Origin: a virus
Taxonomy: Duplodnaviria; Caudoviricetes
Strand: one strand, 5' to 3'
Length of the DNA stretch: 35,210 nt
Virus record (IMG/VR): IMGVR_UViG_3300037706_000003
Span: 1 to 35,210 of that record
The notes beneath the pieces are model-generated. The model ran no database searches. It saw only the letters and a program-made list of their open reading frames with translations, and had not been told where the DNA came from. Of this stretch, positions 7,297-16,053 are shown one piece after another (the first letter of the stretch is position 1; every line of letters begins with the position of its first letter). The translations under genes and the position numbers were made by a program.

Positions 7297-8309
7297 TTCC
7301 AGAAGGCGACGGCCCGTCGTTCGGGAATCCTGCAAGGGGCAGGTGGTGGACTGATGAACGTGACGCTGCCCTTGTGGAGATGCATGGGGTAAAATCTATA
7401 CAAGACATAGCGAACGCCCTGGGAACAACGGCTGGCGCAATAAGAGGGCGAGTAACGGCACTTGGATTGGCAAAGAGGGTCTATTGGGATGAATCCGAAG
7501 TTGAGGCGCTTCGGGAGTTGTATCGCCAAGCGGGGAGAGATGGGGTTCTAAAATTACGCGAGTTCGCAATCGATATTGGTAAGGATGTAACTAATGTATG
7601 CAGGAAAGCAAAGACGCTTGGACTTCCTACGAATCTAAACCGGCGCATTGTCGAGTCTCGAAAGGAAAGACGTAAGTACGCAACATATGAGGAGGCCAAG
7701 GAAGCTATATCAAAGGCTACCCGTGCGAGGTTTAAGGCTGGACTTCACCCTCGCGGTGCGCTAGGTATGAAGCATACTGAAGAGACGAAAGCGAAGATAT
7801 CCATGAAGTCCAAATCAGCATGGGCTAACAAATCTGAGGCTGATCGCGCCGCTTGGGTTGATGCGATGACAAAAGGCCAAGCGAACGTTAATAGGACGTG
7901 GAGCCGGGGCCGCTGGAAAGCTGGCTGGCGAGAAATCGGCGGAAATAAGAATTACTATCGTTCTAGGTGGGAGGCAAACTACGCGCGATACCTTCAATGG
8001 CTAAAGGATCGTGGCGAGATATCAGCTTGGGCCCATGAGCCTGAGACGTTTTGGTTTGAAAAAATTAAACGCGGAGTTAGGTCATACAAGCCAGACTTTA
8101 GAGTTTGGGAGAACGACGGAACGTCACGTCTACATGAAGTTAAGGGATGGATGGATTCTAGGAGCAAAACGTGCCTGTCGCGCATGGCGAAATACCACAA
8201 GGATCAGGTAATTGTTCTGATTGATGGTAAGGCTTATCGTGCTATACGCGCCGCCGTGATGCCGATGATCCCGGACTGGGAAGATTCCAAGAGGGATGGG
8301 CATGAATAA
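7293..8309 (+). CDS. HTH-repeat + NUMOD3 + PD-(D/E)XK (DUF1064-like) endonuclease
   Basis: Two WT/WD..E...L repeats; GMKHTEETKAKIS (NUMOD3); YRSRWEANYARYL...YKPDF...HEVKG. Likely GTG start at 7293 overlapping the remnant stop. Confidence 0.8.
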   Translation: MIPEGDGPSFGNPARGRWWTDERDAALVEMHGVKSIQDIANALGTTAGAIRGRVTALGLAKRVYWDESEVEALRELYRQAGRDGVLKLREFAIDIGKDVTNVCRKAKTLGLPTNLNRRIVESRKERRKYATYEEAKEAISKATRARFKAGLHPRGALGMKHTEETKAKISMKSKSAWANKSEADRAAWVDAMTKGQANVNRTWSRGRWKAGWREIGGNKNYYRSRWEANYARYLQWLKDRGEISAWAHEPETFWFEKIKRGVRSYKPDFRVWENDGTSRLHEVKGWMDSRSKTCLSRMAKYHKDQVIVLIDGKAYRAIRAAVMPMIPDWEDSKRDGHE

Positions 8310-8361
8310 TTGGGAAACGGTCAAGGGCGGCGAGGTTAGGTTCACGATCACGGGAGGTTGA
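8302..8361 (+). pseudogene. C-terminal remnant of a RusA-like resolvase
   Basis: Reads ...ETVKGGEVRFTITGG*, resembling the RusA terminal strand (VKGG.V.VTI). Confidence 0.55.
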
Positions 8362-8362
8362 T

Positions 8363-8533
8363 GTGAAATCTAGAATGGCGGCTGATGTAGATAAGTACGA
8401 ACGTGAACCGGCGTGGAAACTTTCCGAGTTTATACAGCGACTGGGCACTGATATTTCCGCGTTGCAGCACAAGAAGGCTGCCGCGATGAAGGCGCAGCGC
8501 AGGAAACGGAAGAAAGCGAAGGGGGCGAAGTGA
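8363..8533 (+). CDS. Small basic hypothetical protein
   Basis: Manual translation (VKSRMAADVDKYEREPAWK...KKAKGAK); GGAGG upstream. Confidence 0.45.
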   Translation: MKSRMAADVDKYEREPAWKLSEFIQRLGTDISALQHKKAAAMKAQRRKRKKAKGAK

Positions 8534-8611
8534 TGGGCACGAATACTAAGCCGGTAGTGCTGTTATGCGAGGGCCCCATGGGGAATCGATATTGGGAAAC
8601 GGAGCGTAACC

Positions 8612-9154
8612 ATGAATGCGAAACAGCTTGAATCTCTGCTAGAGCAATGGGGAGATGCCTACATGGCCCGTTCTGCCGGGGTTGAGGAGCGAAGCCTGAC
8701 CGGTGATAGCGTGTTCGCTAGGTTCGGCAGGCCGGGAAATGTGACTCCGATTGCAGAGCGAAGAGCAGGGAAAGGAAGGCGACAATTGATGGCCGCAGCG
8801 GCTGGGGGCGATTCTGTTGGCCTGCGGTGTCTGCCTGCGGACTATGTGGACCCGGTGCCGTGTACTGCGACTCGGACTTATCGAGCGCCCCGGTATGATT
8901 CACGTGAAACACCGGACGTGGAACGGGTTCAGGCGGCGTGGCTTTCCCTCCATCGCCAGCTTCCTCTGCAGGCCACCGTCCTGAGGGTAGAATACCAAGA
9001 GCGCGGAAGACAGTCGGACAAGGCCGCAGGGATCAAGATACGGCAGCAGGTTGGCGATGAACGCAAGATGGTTTCAGTCGGACTGAAGCGCTACCGGGAT
9101 GAATTGAGGCTGGCCAAGGCATGGATGGCCGGTAGGTTGTCGGAAAGGGCTTGA
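8612..9154 (+). CDS. Q-like late antiterminator/regulator
   Basis: Last early gene before a strong promoter and the lysis genes; LESLLEQWG N-terminus, VLRVEY and C-terminal HTH-like RYRDELRLAKAW. Confidence 0.65.
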   Translation: MNAKQLESLLEQWGDAYMARSAGVEERSLTGDSVFARFGRPGNVTPIAERRAGKGRRQLMAAAAGGDSVGLRCLPADYVDPVPCTATRTYRAPRYDSRETPDVERVQAAWLSLHRQLPLQATVLRVEYQERGRQSDKAAGIKIRQQVGDERKMVSVGLKRYRDELRLAKAWMAGRLSERA

Positions 9155-9179
9155 CAGTGACGTAACTAGGGGCTATTTT
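9151..9179 (+). promoter_or_regulatory. pR'-like late promoter
   Basis: TTGACA (9151-9156), 17-bp spacer, TATTTT (9174-9179), overlapping the Q-like stop; hairpin CCCGCC/GGCGGG at 9199-9216. Confidence 0.7.
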
Positions 9180-9228
9180 TCACTAAAATGCGTAATTGCC
9201 CGCCGAGGAAGGCGGGATTGCAAGAAAC

Positions 9229-9302
9229 GCGGGTCTGGCCGAGTGGCTAGGCTGCAGCCTTCCAAGCTGGCGAGGCCGGTTCGATTCCGGAGATCCGTTC
9301 AA
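9229..9302 (+). tRNA. tRNA-Gly(TCC), somewhat degenerate
   Basis: GCGGGTC/GATCCGT acceptor, loop CTTCCAA, GGTTCGATTCC T-arm, U discriminator; ends TCAA rather than TCCA. Confidence 0.8.
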
Positions 9303-9306
9303 TTTT

Positions 9307-9410
9307 TGCTTGCGGCGGCGTGGATGGACACGCACAGGAACGGGTGGGCGACACCATAAAGGGTCCGCAGCCAAGTTTGGACAGCCGGCAACCAACCCGG
9401 CCCGCAAGCA
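9307..9410 (+). ncRNA. tRNA-like RNA with aberrant anticodon domain
   Basis: Closing stem TGCTTGCGG/CCGCAAGCA, D-like arm GCGTG-GATGGA-CACGC, T-like arm GCCGG-CAACCAAC-CCGGC; lies between two tRNAs. Confidence 0.5.
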
Positions 9411-9435
9411 CTTAGGAGTTTGTGAGGACTCCACC

Positions 9436-9456
9436 AGGCCCCTTCGGGGGCCTTTT

Positions 9457-9459
<3 letters not shown>
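9436..9459 (+). terminator. Intrinsic terminator (tR'-like)
   Basis: AGGCCCC-TTCG-GGGGCCT followed by TTTGTT. Confidence 0.75.
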
Positions 9460-9532
<73 letters not shown>

Positions 9533-9615
9533 TTTTCTCCCGTCCCCCGACCAGAACGAACGTCCCCACCCTCCCTGAAGCTGGCTGTGGGGCGGGCACC
9601 TATTTCGAGAGACCA

Positions 9616-10068
9616 ATGGCTAAGACCGCAAAATCCGAAGCCTTGGCGCTAGTCAAGCGATGGGAAGGGTGTAAGTTGTCCGCATACCCAGACCCGGGGA
9701 CGGGTGGCGCACCTTGGACTATTGGGTGGGGGCAGACCGGCCCAGGAATCAAGAAAGGCGACGTCTGGACCCAGGAGCAGGCCGATAGGGCGTTGGGCAA
9801 GGAAGTCGATACCCTTATCGAACAGATTCGTGACCACTTTGGGCAGGTCCGCATCACTGCAGCGCAGTTCGGGGCTATGGCCTCGCTTGCCTACAACATC
9901 GGCATTGGCGCATTCAGGAGGTCAACCTTGGCGCGAAAGTTCGCGGCTGGGGATGTCCAAGGCGCGGCGGCCGAGTTCCCCCGCTGGAATAAGGCCAATG
10001 GCCGAGTTATGCGTGGGCTAGTGAACCGTAGAGCAGATGAGCATCGCGTTTTCGAGGGCCAAGAATGA
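9616..10068 (+). CDS. Endolysin, GH24 lysozyme
   Basis: KRWEGCKLSAYPD...WTIGWGQT, LAYNIG, RWNKANG...GLVNRR; probable start at 9616, inside ORF 9196..10068. Confidence 0.95.
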   Translation: MAKTAKSEALALVKRWEGCKLSAYPDPGTGGAPWTIGWGQTGPGIKKGDVWTQEQADRALGKEVDTLIEQIRDHFGQVRITAAQFGAMASLAYNIGIGAFRRSTLARKFAAGDVQGAAAEFPRWNKANGRVMRGLVNRRADEHRVFEGQE

Positions 10069-10304
10069 ATCCCGATGTGATCCAGATTGCGCTATATGCC
10101 ATTGTTCCGGCTGTGTTGGGCTTGGTGGGTTGGGTTTGGGCGCTGTGGCGAGATCACGGACAGCTCAAGGTGAAGGTCGCCGAGGAATATGTCAGGCATC
10201 ACAATCTGGATGAGATCAAGTCGGACCTTCGATCTTTGCGCGACCTTGTTTACCGAATCGCAACGAAACTGGAAGTGCCTGTGACCACGGAGCCGTATAG
10301 GTGA
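10065..10304 (+). CDS. Lysis-region membrane protein (1 TM + coiled coil)
   Basis: N-terminal hydrophobic helix; ATGA coupling to the lysozyme gene. Confidence 0.7.
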   Translation: MNPDVIQIALYAIVPAVLGLVGWVWALWRDHGQLKVKVAEEYVRHHNLDEIKSDLRSLRDLVYRIATKLEVPVTTEPYR

Positions 10305-10612
10305 GTGAAGCTGACGAGTTGTCCCGTGAGCTAAGGGGATCAATGGACCGGTTGGAATCCCTTTTAGGGCGAGTCGGAGGTAATACCAACTTGGTCCGGC
10401 TAGAGGGTGCCGGCTCAATCTGGAACGGAATTGCAATCGGAATAGCGCTAGGCGCGACCATTGTGTGTACGGGTTGGGTGGTGACCACGCTTCAGGGCCA
10501 GAGCGCTGCTGCAAAGCAGGCCGAGGCATATCACAAGGCCGTATACATGCTGGCCCCTCGGTTTGCCGAGGAGATCGACAAAGAACTTGATAAGCAGAAG
10601 GAACCCGAATGA
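10301..10612 (+). CDS. Lysis-region membrane protein (1 TM)
   Basis: IWNGIAIGIALGATIVCTGWVVTTL; GTGA coupling. Confidence 0.7.
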   Translation: MSEADELSRELRGSMDRLESLLGRVGGNTNLVRLEGAGSIWNGIAIGIALGATIVCTGWVVTTLQGQSAAAKQAEAYHKAVYMLAPRFAEEIDKELDKQKEPE

Positions 10613-10860
10613 TGTCCAGTCCGACTCCGATCATAACGCCGCCCACCAAGCCTAAGTTTATCGAGGATTGGCGTGACGGATGGAAGTTTTACACGACATG
10701 GGGTTACGCAATCCTGATTGCGTTCCCTGATCTGTACAACCTCGCAAGTCCATATCTAGAGGTTGAAGGCATGCCATCTGCTGCTGCATGGGGTATGCGT
10801 GCGGTGGCAGTGGCGGGGCTGGTGGTCCGATTCGTGAACCAGAAGAAGCCGGCCAAGTGA
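10609..10860 (+). CDS. Putative holin (2 TM)
   Basis: FIEDWRDGWKFYTTW..., two hydrophobic segments, basic C-terminus RFVNQKKPAK. Confidence 0.65.
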   Translation: MMSSPTPIITPPTKPKFIEDWRDGWKFYTTWGYAILIAFPDLYNLASPYLEVEGMPSAAAWGMRAVAVAGLVVRFVNQKKPAK

Positions 10861-11351
10861 GCTCATGGGTGCCGCTGTTGAAAGCGGGACTCGCCTTGGC
10901 AGTAGTGATCGTGTTTCTGATCATGTTCTACCGCTGGGCTGATGGCAACGGGTACAACCGCGCAAACGTCCGAGCCGAGAAGGTGGTAAGCGACGTTCTG
11001 GCGGCTGAGGCCCAAGCGCAGCGGGACGCAAGGAAAGCCGAGCGGGAAAAGCAGGCCGCAGTCGATCAACTGGGCGACGAATACCAGCGAGGACTCAACG
11101 ATGCAAAAACTGCTGAGGATGGCGTCATTGCTGATCTTCATGCTGACAATTTGCGCCTGCGCGCGGAATGGCGTGGATGTGAAACCGGTCGCCTGTCCGG
11201 CGACGCCGCATCCGCCATCGCCATTGCTGCAGCCGATCAACGCCGAGCAGAGGCTGCGGGACGAATTGTTCGAGTCGGGGCAGAGTGTGACGCCCGCGAC
11301 CGTGCTTGGCGACAGTACGCCGGCGCCGTGACGATGCAGGAACGCCCCTGA
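10857..11351 (+). CDS. Rz-like inner-membrane spanin
   Basis: GTG start; N-terminal TM followed by an Ala-rich coiled coil; contains a nested lipoprotein ORF. Confidence 0.8.
   Translation: MSSWVPLLKAGLALAVVIVFLIMFYRWADGNGYNRANVRAEKVVSDVLAAEAQAQRDARKAEREKQAAVDQLGDEYQRGLNDAKTAEDGVIADLHADNLRLRAEWRGCETGRLSGDAASAIAIAAADQRRAEAAGRIVRVGAECDARDRAWRQYAGAVTMQERP
11101..11331 (+). CDS. Rz1-like outer-membrane lipoprotein spanin (nested)
   Basis: GAGGA RBS; signal peptide with lipobox-like ICAC; Pro-rich CPATPHPPSPLLQP; embedded in an alternative frame of Rz. Confidence 0.75.
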   Translation: MQKLLRMASLLIFMLTICACARNGVDVKPVACPATPHPPSPLLQPINAEQRLRDELFESGQSVTPATVLGDSTPAP

Positions 11352-12217
11352 TGGCTTGGGTCCCGATTCAAGAAAGCTCGCAGCAATTCAACTTTTCCGT
11401 CCTTGCTGAGTTCGGGGGGGCTGCGTCGCTCGAAAGTAGTGTCGCGATCAAGGACCAAGGAACCCCACCGTCGGGTAGCACAATTGCCGAATGGGTTGTT
11501 CATTTCCAGAATGATGTAGGGCGTCCAGACGTCAGGTTGCGAGTCACTGCGCTGTCTTTCGCTGCGGAAGGCCCAACAACCTTGTTATTGGTTGGCGGAT
11601 ACGATGGGGTCAACGTCACGAACCCCACAAGCACCATCGAGGAAATCAACAACGAGGCTGGTGATCCGCTCACGGAATGGTCGCCCACGCCGTTTGAGGT
11701 GACCTTGGTCTTCACCGGGGGTGATGATCTTGGTCTATTCAGCAGCGCGGGGGAGTCGTCAGCATCAACGTCCCAGTTCCTGATCGAGGTATGGGAAGAC
11801 GATCCTGCGCCTCCCGAACCATGCGAGGAGATAGGGCGAGCATCCCGCGCCTATGTCAGCGCCTACGACCGCTCCCGAGTCCACGTGGGGCGATTCAGGC
11901 GGCAAGAGCGTCGCTGCGTAATCGCAAACTTCAATGCGTCTCTGCCGAAAAACCGAACCATTGCCCGAGTGACATGGCGATGTACTTCACCATGGGTGAC
12001 CAAGATGAGCACTCCATCAATCGTTGGCCGTGATGCTCAGGTGATCGTAGACTTCCAAAACCCCGGATTCGGGGCTATCAAGGCAACGATTACGCTTGAT
12101 AACGGCGAGGTCTACAACCAGACGTACCAGTTTCAAGTCCGGGATGAGCCGTGGTTCCTTGAGGACTACGCGCTTGCATCCGGGCCTTATCAAATCTCCA
12201 TAGAGGCGCAGCCATGA
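11351..12217 (+). CDS. Two-domain beta-rich protein, probably virion-associated
   Basis: Acidic beta-rich N-domain, Pro linker DPAPPEPCEE, C-domain ...IKATITLDNGEVYNQ; TGATG coupling to Rz. Confidence 0.7.
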   Translation: MAWVPIQESSQQFNFSVLAEFGGAASLESSVAIKDQGTPPSGSTIAEWVVHFQNDVGRPDVRLRVTALSFAAEGPTTLLLVGGYDGVNVTNPTSTIEEINNEAGDPLTEWSPTPFEVTLVFTGGDDLGLFSSAGESSASTSQFLIEVWEDDPAPPEPCEEIGRASRAYVSAYDRSRVHVGRFRRQERRCVIANFNASLPKNRTIARVTWRCTSPWVTKMSTPSIVGRDAQVIVDFQNPGFGAIKATITLDNGEVYNQTYQFQVRDEPWFLEDYALASGPYQISIEAQP

Positions 12218-12651
12218 CTGGAAGGCCTTCAGACTACACAGAGGATCTGGCCGCTGCCATCTGCGTCCGATTGTCTGATGGGGAGAGCTTGAAGGGAATT
12301 TGTGCCGATACAGATATGCCAGGGCGGTCTACCGTGTTCAGGTGGCTCGCTGCGCATGAACGCTTCAGGGACATGTACGCGCGCGCAAGGGAAGATCAAG
12401 CCGACACGCTCGCTGACGAGATTGTTGGAATTTCCGATGAATCCGAAGTCACGACAAAGATGGACGGAGAGGAGGTACGTCTGAACCTTGATGCCACCGC
12501 TGTTGCGAGGAACCGGTTGCGCGTGGATGCTCGCAAGTGGGTGGCCGCAAAACTGAAGCCTCGAAAATACGGCGAGCGTCAGGTGTTGGCCGGCGACCCT
12601 GACGCTCCGATAGAAACAATCACTAGAATCAAACTGGCCGACTTGGAATGA
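12214..12651 (+). CDS. terS: Terminase small subunit (Sf6 gp1-like)
   Basis: GRPSDYT..ICVRLSDGESL..MPGRSTVFRWL..YARARE..RLRVDARKWVAAKLKPRKYG. Confidence 0.92.
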   Translation: MTGRPSDYTEDLAAAICVRLSDGESLKGICADTDMPGRSTVFRWLAAHERFRDMYARAREDQADTLADEIVGISDESEVTTKMDGEEVRLNLDATAVARNRLRVDARKWVAAKLKPRKYGERQVLAGDPDAPIETITRIKLADLE

Positions 12652-14003
12652 CCGAAATGACGATCCGGCTACCGTCGAAGCTGCGCCCCGTCTTCCTTGG
12701 GCGTGCTGACGTTCGAGGGGCATTCGGTGGTCGTGGCTCAGCAAAAACCCGAAGTTTCGCCAAGATGGCAGCGGTTCAAGGGATGCGCTATGGGCAGGCT
12801 GGCATCAAGGGCCAGCTCCTTTGCGCGCGCCAGTACATGAACTCGTTGGACGATTCCTCCTTGGAGGAGGTCAAGCGGGCCATTGAGGATGAGCCGGTCT
12901 TGTTGGCGTATTGGGAGATCGGGCAAAAGTTCATCCGGAGTCGGGATGGCAATGTTTGGTTCTCGTTCGCCGGCTTGGACCGCAGCATCGGAAGCATCAA
13001 GTCCAAGGGCAGAATACTGTTGTGCTGGGTAGATGAGGCTGAGCCAGTTACGGATGAGGCATTCTCGATCCTGATTCCGACGCTTCGCGAGGAAGACGAG
13101 GATTGGAACGCGGAGCTTTGGGTGACATGGAACCCTGCGAGAAAGGGTTCAGCGGTTGATTCCAGATTCAGAAGCTCCACCGATCCGCTGGTCAAGGTCG
13201 TAGAAATGAATTGGCGGGACAACCCAAAGTTCCCCAAAAAGCTGGAGAGGCAGCGAAAACGTGACCAGGAAGAGCGCCCCGATCAGTATGAGCACATATG
13301 GGAGGGCGGCTATGTCAAAGCGGTAGAGGGCGCCTATTTCGCCAAGGAGTTGGCCAAGGCCAGGGAGGAGAACCGCATTGGGCGTGTGGCTGCTGACCCG
13401 ATGCTGACCCTTCGAGCGCACTGCGACATTGGCGGTACGGGCGCGAAGGCCGACGCCTTCGTCATCTGGATATGCCAGTTCATTGGCCGCGAAGTTCGTG
13501 TGATCGACCACTATGAAGTGGTGGGCCAGCCGGCCTCGTCGCATGTGCAGTGGCTGCGAGAGCGGGGATACAAGCCAGATCGCCTGACAGTGGTGCTGCC
13601 GCATGATGGAGCGGCTAATGACAAGGTGCACGCAGTCAGCTACGAAAGCGCTTTCCGATCTGCTGATTACGACGTGGTTGTGATTCCAAATATGGGCCGA
13701 GGTGCAGCAAAGCGTCGCATCGAGGTAGCACGCAGGTTGTTCCCATCGGTCTGGTTCAACGAAGAGACAACCAGCGCCGGATTGGACGCGCTTGGTTGGT
13801 ATCACGAGAAGAAGGACGACAAGCGTGGAATCGGTCTTGGGCCGGAGCATGATTGGTCCAGCCATAGCGCCGACGCATACGGGCTGATGGCGGTCGATTG
13901 GGAATTGAACCCTCCCTCTTCGGGCAAGCCGGTAGAGCTGAACTTCACCTCTCAATTTTCAAGTGCCGACCCCCTACGTCGCACATCCATCTACGAAGGC
14001 TGA
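12648..14003 (+). CDS. terL: Terminase large subunit (PBSX-like family)
   Basis: Walker A GGRGSAKT, Walker B WVDEAE, WNP coupling motif, nuclease region LPHDG and HDWSSHSADAY. Confidence 0.95.
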   Translation: MTEMTIRLPSKLRPVFLGRADVRGAFGGRGSAKTRSFAKMAAVQGMRYGQAGIKGQLLCARQYMNSLDDSSLEEVKRAIEDEPVLLAYWEIGQKFIRSRDGNVWFSFAGLDRSIGSIKSKGRILLCWVDEAEPVTDEAFSILIPTLREEDEDWNAELWVTWNPARKGSAVDSRFRSSTDPLVKVVEMNWRDNPKFPKKLERQRKRDQEERPDQYEHIWEGGYVKAVEGAYFAKELAKAREENRIGRVAADPMLTLRAHCDIGGTGAKADAFVIWICQFIGREVRVIDHYEVVGQPASSHVQWLRERGYKPDRLTVVLPHDGAANDKVHAVSYESAFRSADYDVVVIPNMGRGAAKRRIEVARRLFPSVWFNEETTSAGLDALGWYHEKKDDKRGIGLGPEHDWSSHSADAYGLMAVDWELNPPSSGKPVELNFTSQFSSADPLRRTSIYEG

Positions 14004-14004
14004 T

Positions 14005-16011
14005 ATGGCGAGCAAGTATCGAAAGTCTGCTGGCGACAAGTCAGGCGGGCGAGATGAATTCATGCGCAAAATGCTGGAGCGCGCCTCGTCTGCGTTTGGC
14101 TTCGAAACCGAGCAGCGCCGCCGTGTAGTTGAGGACATGGAGTTTGCGTTTGTATCCGGCAACCAGTGGGACGATCACCTGCGGAGCAAGCGCAAGAACA
14201 AGCCCTGCTACGAGTTCAACCGAATCCGGCAGTTGATTCGTCGGGTGACGGGTCAGCAGCTCAAGAACAAGCCGCAGATCAAGGTGAGGGCTGTTGAGGA
14301 CAGCGATGTCGAACTGGCTGAAATCTACAACGGTCTGATCAAGAACATCGAGGTCGAATCCAGCGCAGAACACGCTTACGACACAGCGTTCCAGTGGTCA
14401 TGCGGAGGCGGTTACGGTGCTCTGCGGGTGGTGGCCGAGTACGAGAGCGACCATTCGTTCGACCAATGCCTGAAGATCAAGGCGGTTCCTGATCCGATGC
14501 GCGTATGGTGCGACCCCGCAGCGACCGAGTTTGACCGGTCAGACGCGAGCTTCTGGTTCATCGACGAAAACATCCCGCTGGATGAGTTCAAGAGCCGATG
14601 GCCAGACGCCGAGGCCGTAGACTTCGACGCGCCGATGTCGCTGGACAACTACGACCGGGAGTGGTTCAACAAGGATACGGTGAGGATCGCTGAGTATTGG
14701 TACAAGGAGCCTAAGCAGGTCAAGTTGTACATGCTGAATGACGGAACAGTGGTCGATGCTGAAGAATTCGACCCAATCCGTGATGAAGCTATGGCGGCTG
14801 GGCTGGAGGTTGCACAAGAGCGCGAGGTCACCCGCGACTGCATCTATTCCTGCCTAGTGTCGGGCCGCGGGAAGCTGGAAGAGCCTACAAAGTGGGGTGG
14901 CACGCTGTTCCCGATCATCCCGCAATGGGGCGACCTGATCAGCATCAACGGCAAGCAAATCTATTCGGGCATGACCCGGTTCGGACGGGACGCGCAGACC
15001 ATCCACAACTTTGAAATGTCTTCGATGGTGGAGGTAGTGGCGAAGCTGCCTAACTCCCCAATGAAGGCCACGCCGGCCATGATCAAGGGGCTGGAGAGCT
15101 ACTACGAGCGCATGGGCTACGACGATCCGCCTGTGCTGCTGTACAACGTGGACCCAGCGTCCGCGACCGCTTCACCAACCCGTGAGCCGATGGCGCAGCT
15201 TCCTACGGCACTTGCTAACCTGTCTGCTATTGCTCAAGACGAGCTGAAGGCAAACCTCGGAATTTATGACGCATCCATCGGGGCGCGGTCAAACGAGAGT
15301 TCGGGGCGGGCGATCTTGGCGCGCCAGGAAGAAGGCGACATTGCCAACTTTGTCTATATCGACAATCAGATCAAGGCGCTGAAGCGGCTAGGGGATGTGC
15401 TGGTTGACTCGATTCCCCATTACTACGATGCCGAGCGGTCGATTCGCATTCTTGGTAATGACAATGCAGAGAAGTTTGTCCGAGTCAATCGCCCGATTCG
15501 GGATGAGCAGACCGGCGAGACGATCATCATCAATGATCTGTCGAGGGGGCGTTACGATGTAACGGTAACGGTTGGCAAGAACTTCGATACATCAAGGATG
15601 GAGCTTGCTGAGGCCGCGCAGGCGATGGCGCAACAACCGGGGCCGTTTGGTGCCCTGGGGCAGTTCATGCTGTTGAAGTCGCTTGACGTGCCCGGAATGA
15701 TGGATGAGTTCGTCGATGCTGCACGAAAGGTCATGGTTCAGCAGGGGTTGCTTGAGCCGGGCGAGAACGACCAGCCCCCTGCGCCTCCGCAACCCAATCC
15801 GAAAGACGTGGCCGATGCCGAGAAGAGTGCGGCACAGGCCGGAAAATACGCCGCCGAGGCGGAAGGGCAACAGCTTGAGAATCAAGCGACAGCCCTGCAA
15901 CTCGGTATGCAAGCCAATGCGATGGGGATTCCCCCGCCGCAGCCACAACCCACGCCCCCTGAGCAGCCCCCGGAAGGGGGCTTTTCTATGGGCGGAGATA
16001 TACCGCAATAG
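14005..16011 (+). CDS. P22-like portal protein
   Basis: EDMEFAFVSGNQW..KPCYEFNRIRQ, VRIAEYWYK, SNESSGRAILARQ, NDLSRGRYDVTVTVG; follows terL. Confidence 0.92.
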   Translation: MASKYRKSAGDKSGGRDEFMRKMLERASSAFGFETEQRRRVVEDMEFAFVSGNQWDDHLRSKRKNKPCYEFNRIRQLIRRVTGQQLKNKPQIKVRAVEDSDVELAEIYNGLIKNIEVESSAEHAYDTAFQWSCGGGYGALRVVAEYESDHSFDQCLKIKAVPDPMRVWCDPAATEFDRSDASFWFIDENIPLDEFKSRWPDAEAVDFDAPMSLDNYDREWFNKDTVRIAEYWYKEPKQVKLYMLNDGTVVDAEEFDPIRDEAMAAGLEVAQEREVTRDCIYSCLVSGRGKLEEPTKWGGTLFPIIPQWGDLISINGKQIYSGMTRFGRDAQTIHNFEMSSMVEVVAKLPNSPMKATPAMIKGLESYYERMGYDDPPVLLYNVDPASATASPTREPMAQLPTALANLSAIAQDELKANLGIYDASIGARSNESSGRAILARQEEGDIANFVYIDNQIKALKRLGDVLVDSIPHYYDAERSIRILGNDNAEKFVRVNRPIRDEQTGETIIINDLSRGRYDVTVTVGKNFDTSRMELAEAAQAMAQQPGPFGALGQFMLLKSLDVPGMMDEFVDAARKVMVQQGLLEPGENDQPPAPPQPNPKDVADAEKSAAQAGKYAAEAEGQQLENQATALQLGMQANAMGIPPPQPQPTPPEQPPEGGFSMGGDIPQ

Positions 16012-16053
16012 CGGGCACCGCACCGGGCGGGTAACCCGGACTCTGAGGTCATA

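Noticed and set aside
7201-8361. Self-splicing intron or intein in rusA
   Set aside because: The flanks total under 40 RusA-like codons with no catalytic core, there is no room for a ribozyme, and no intein terminal residues are evident
15964-15987. Terminator-like hairpin GCCCCC-GGAA-GGGGGC-TTTT
   Set aside because: It lies within the portal coding sequence; could be a real attenuator but cannot be supported from sequence alone
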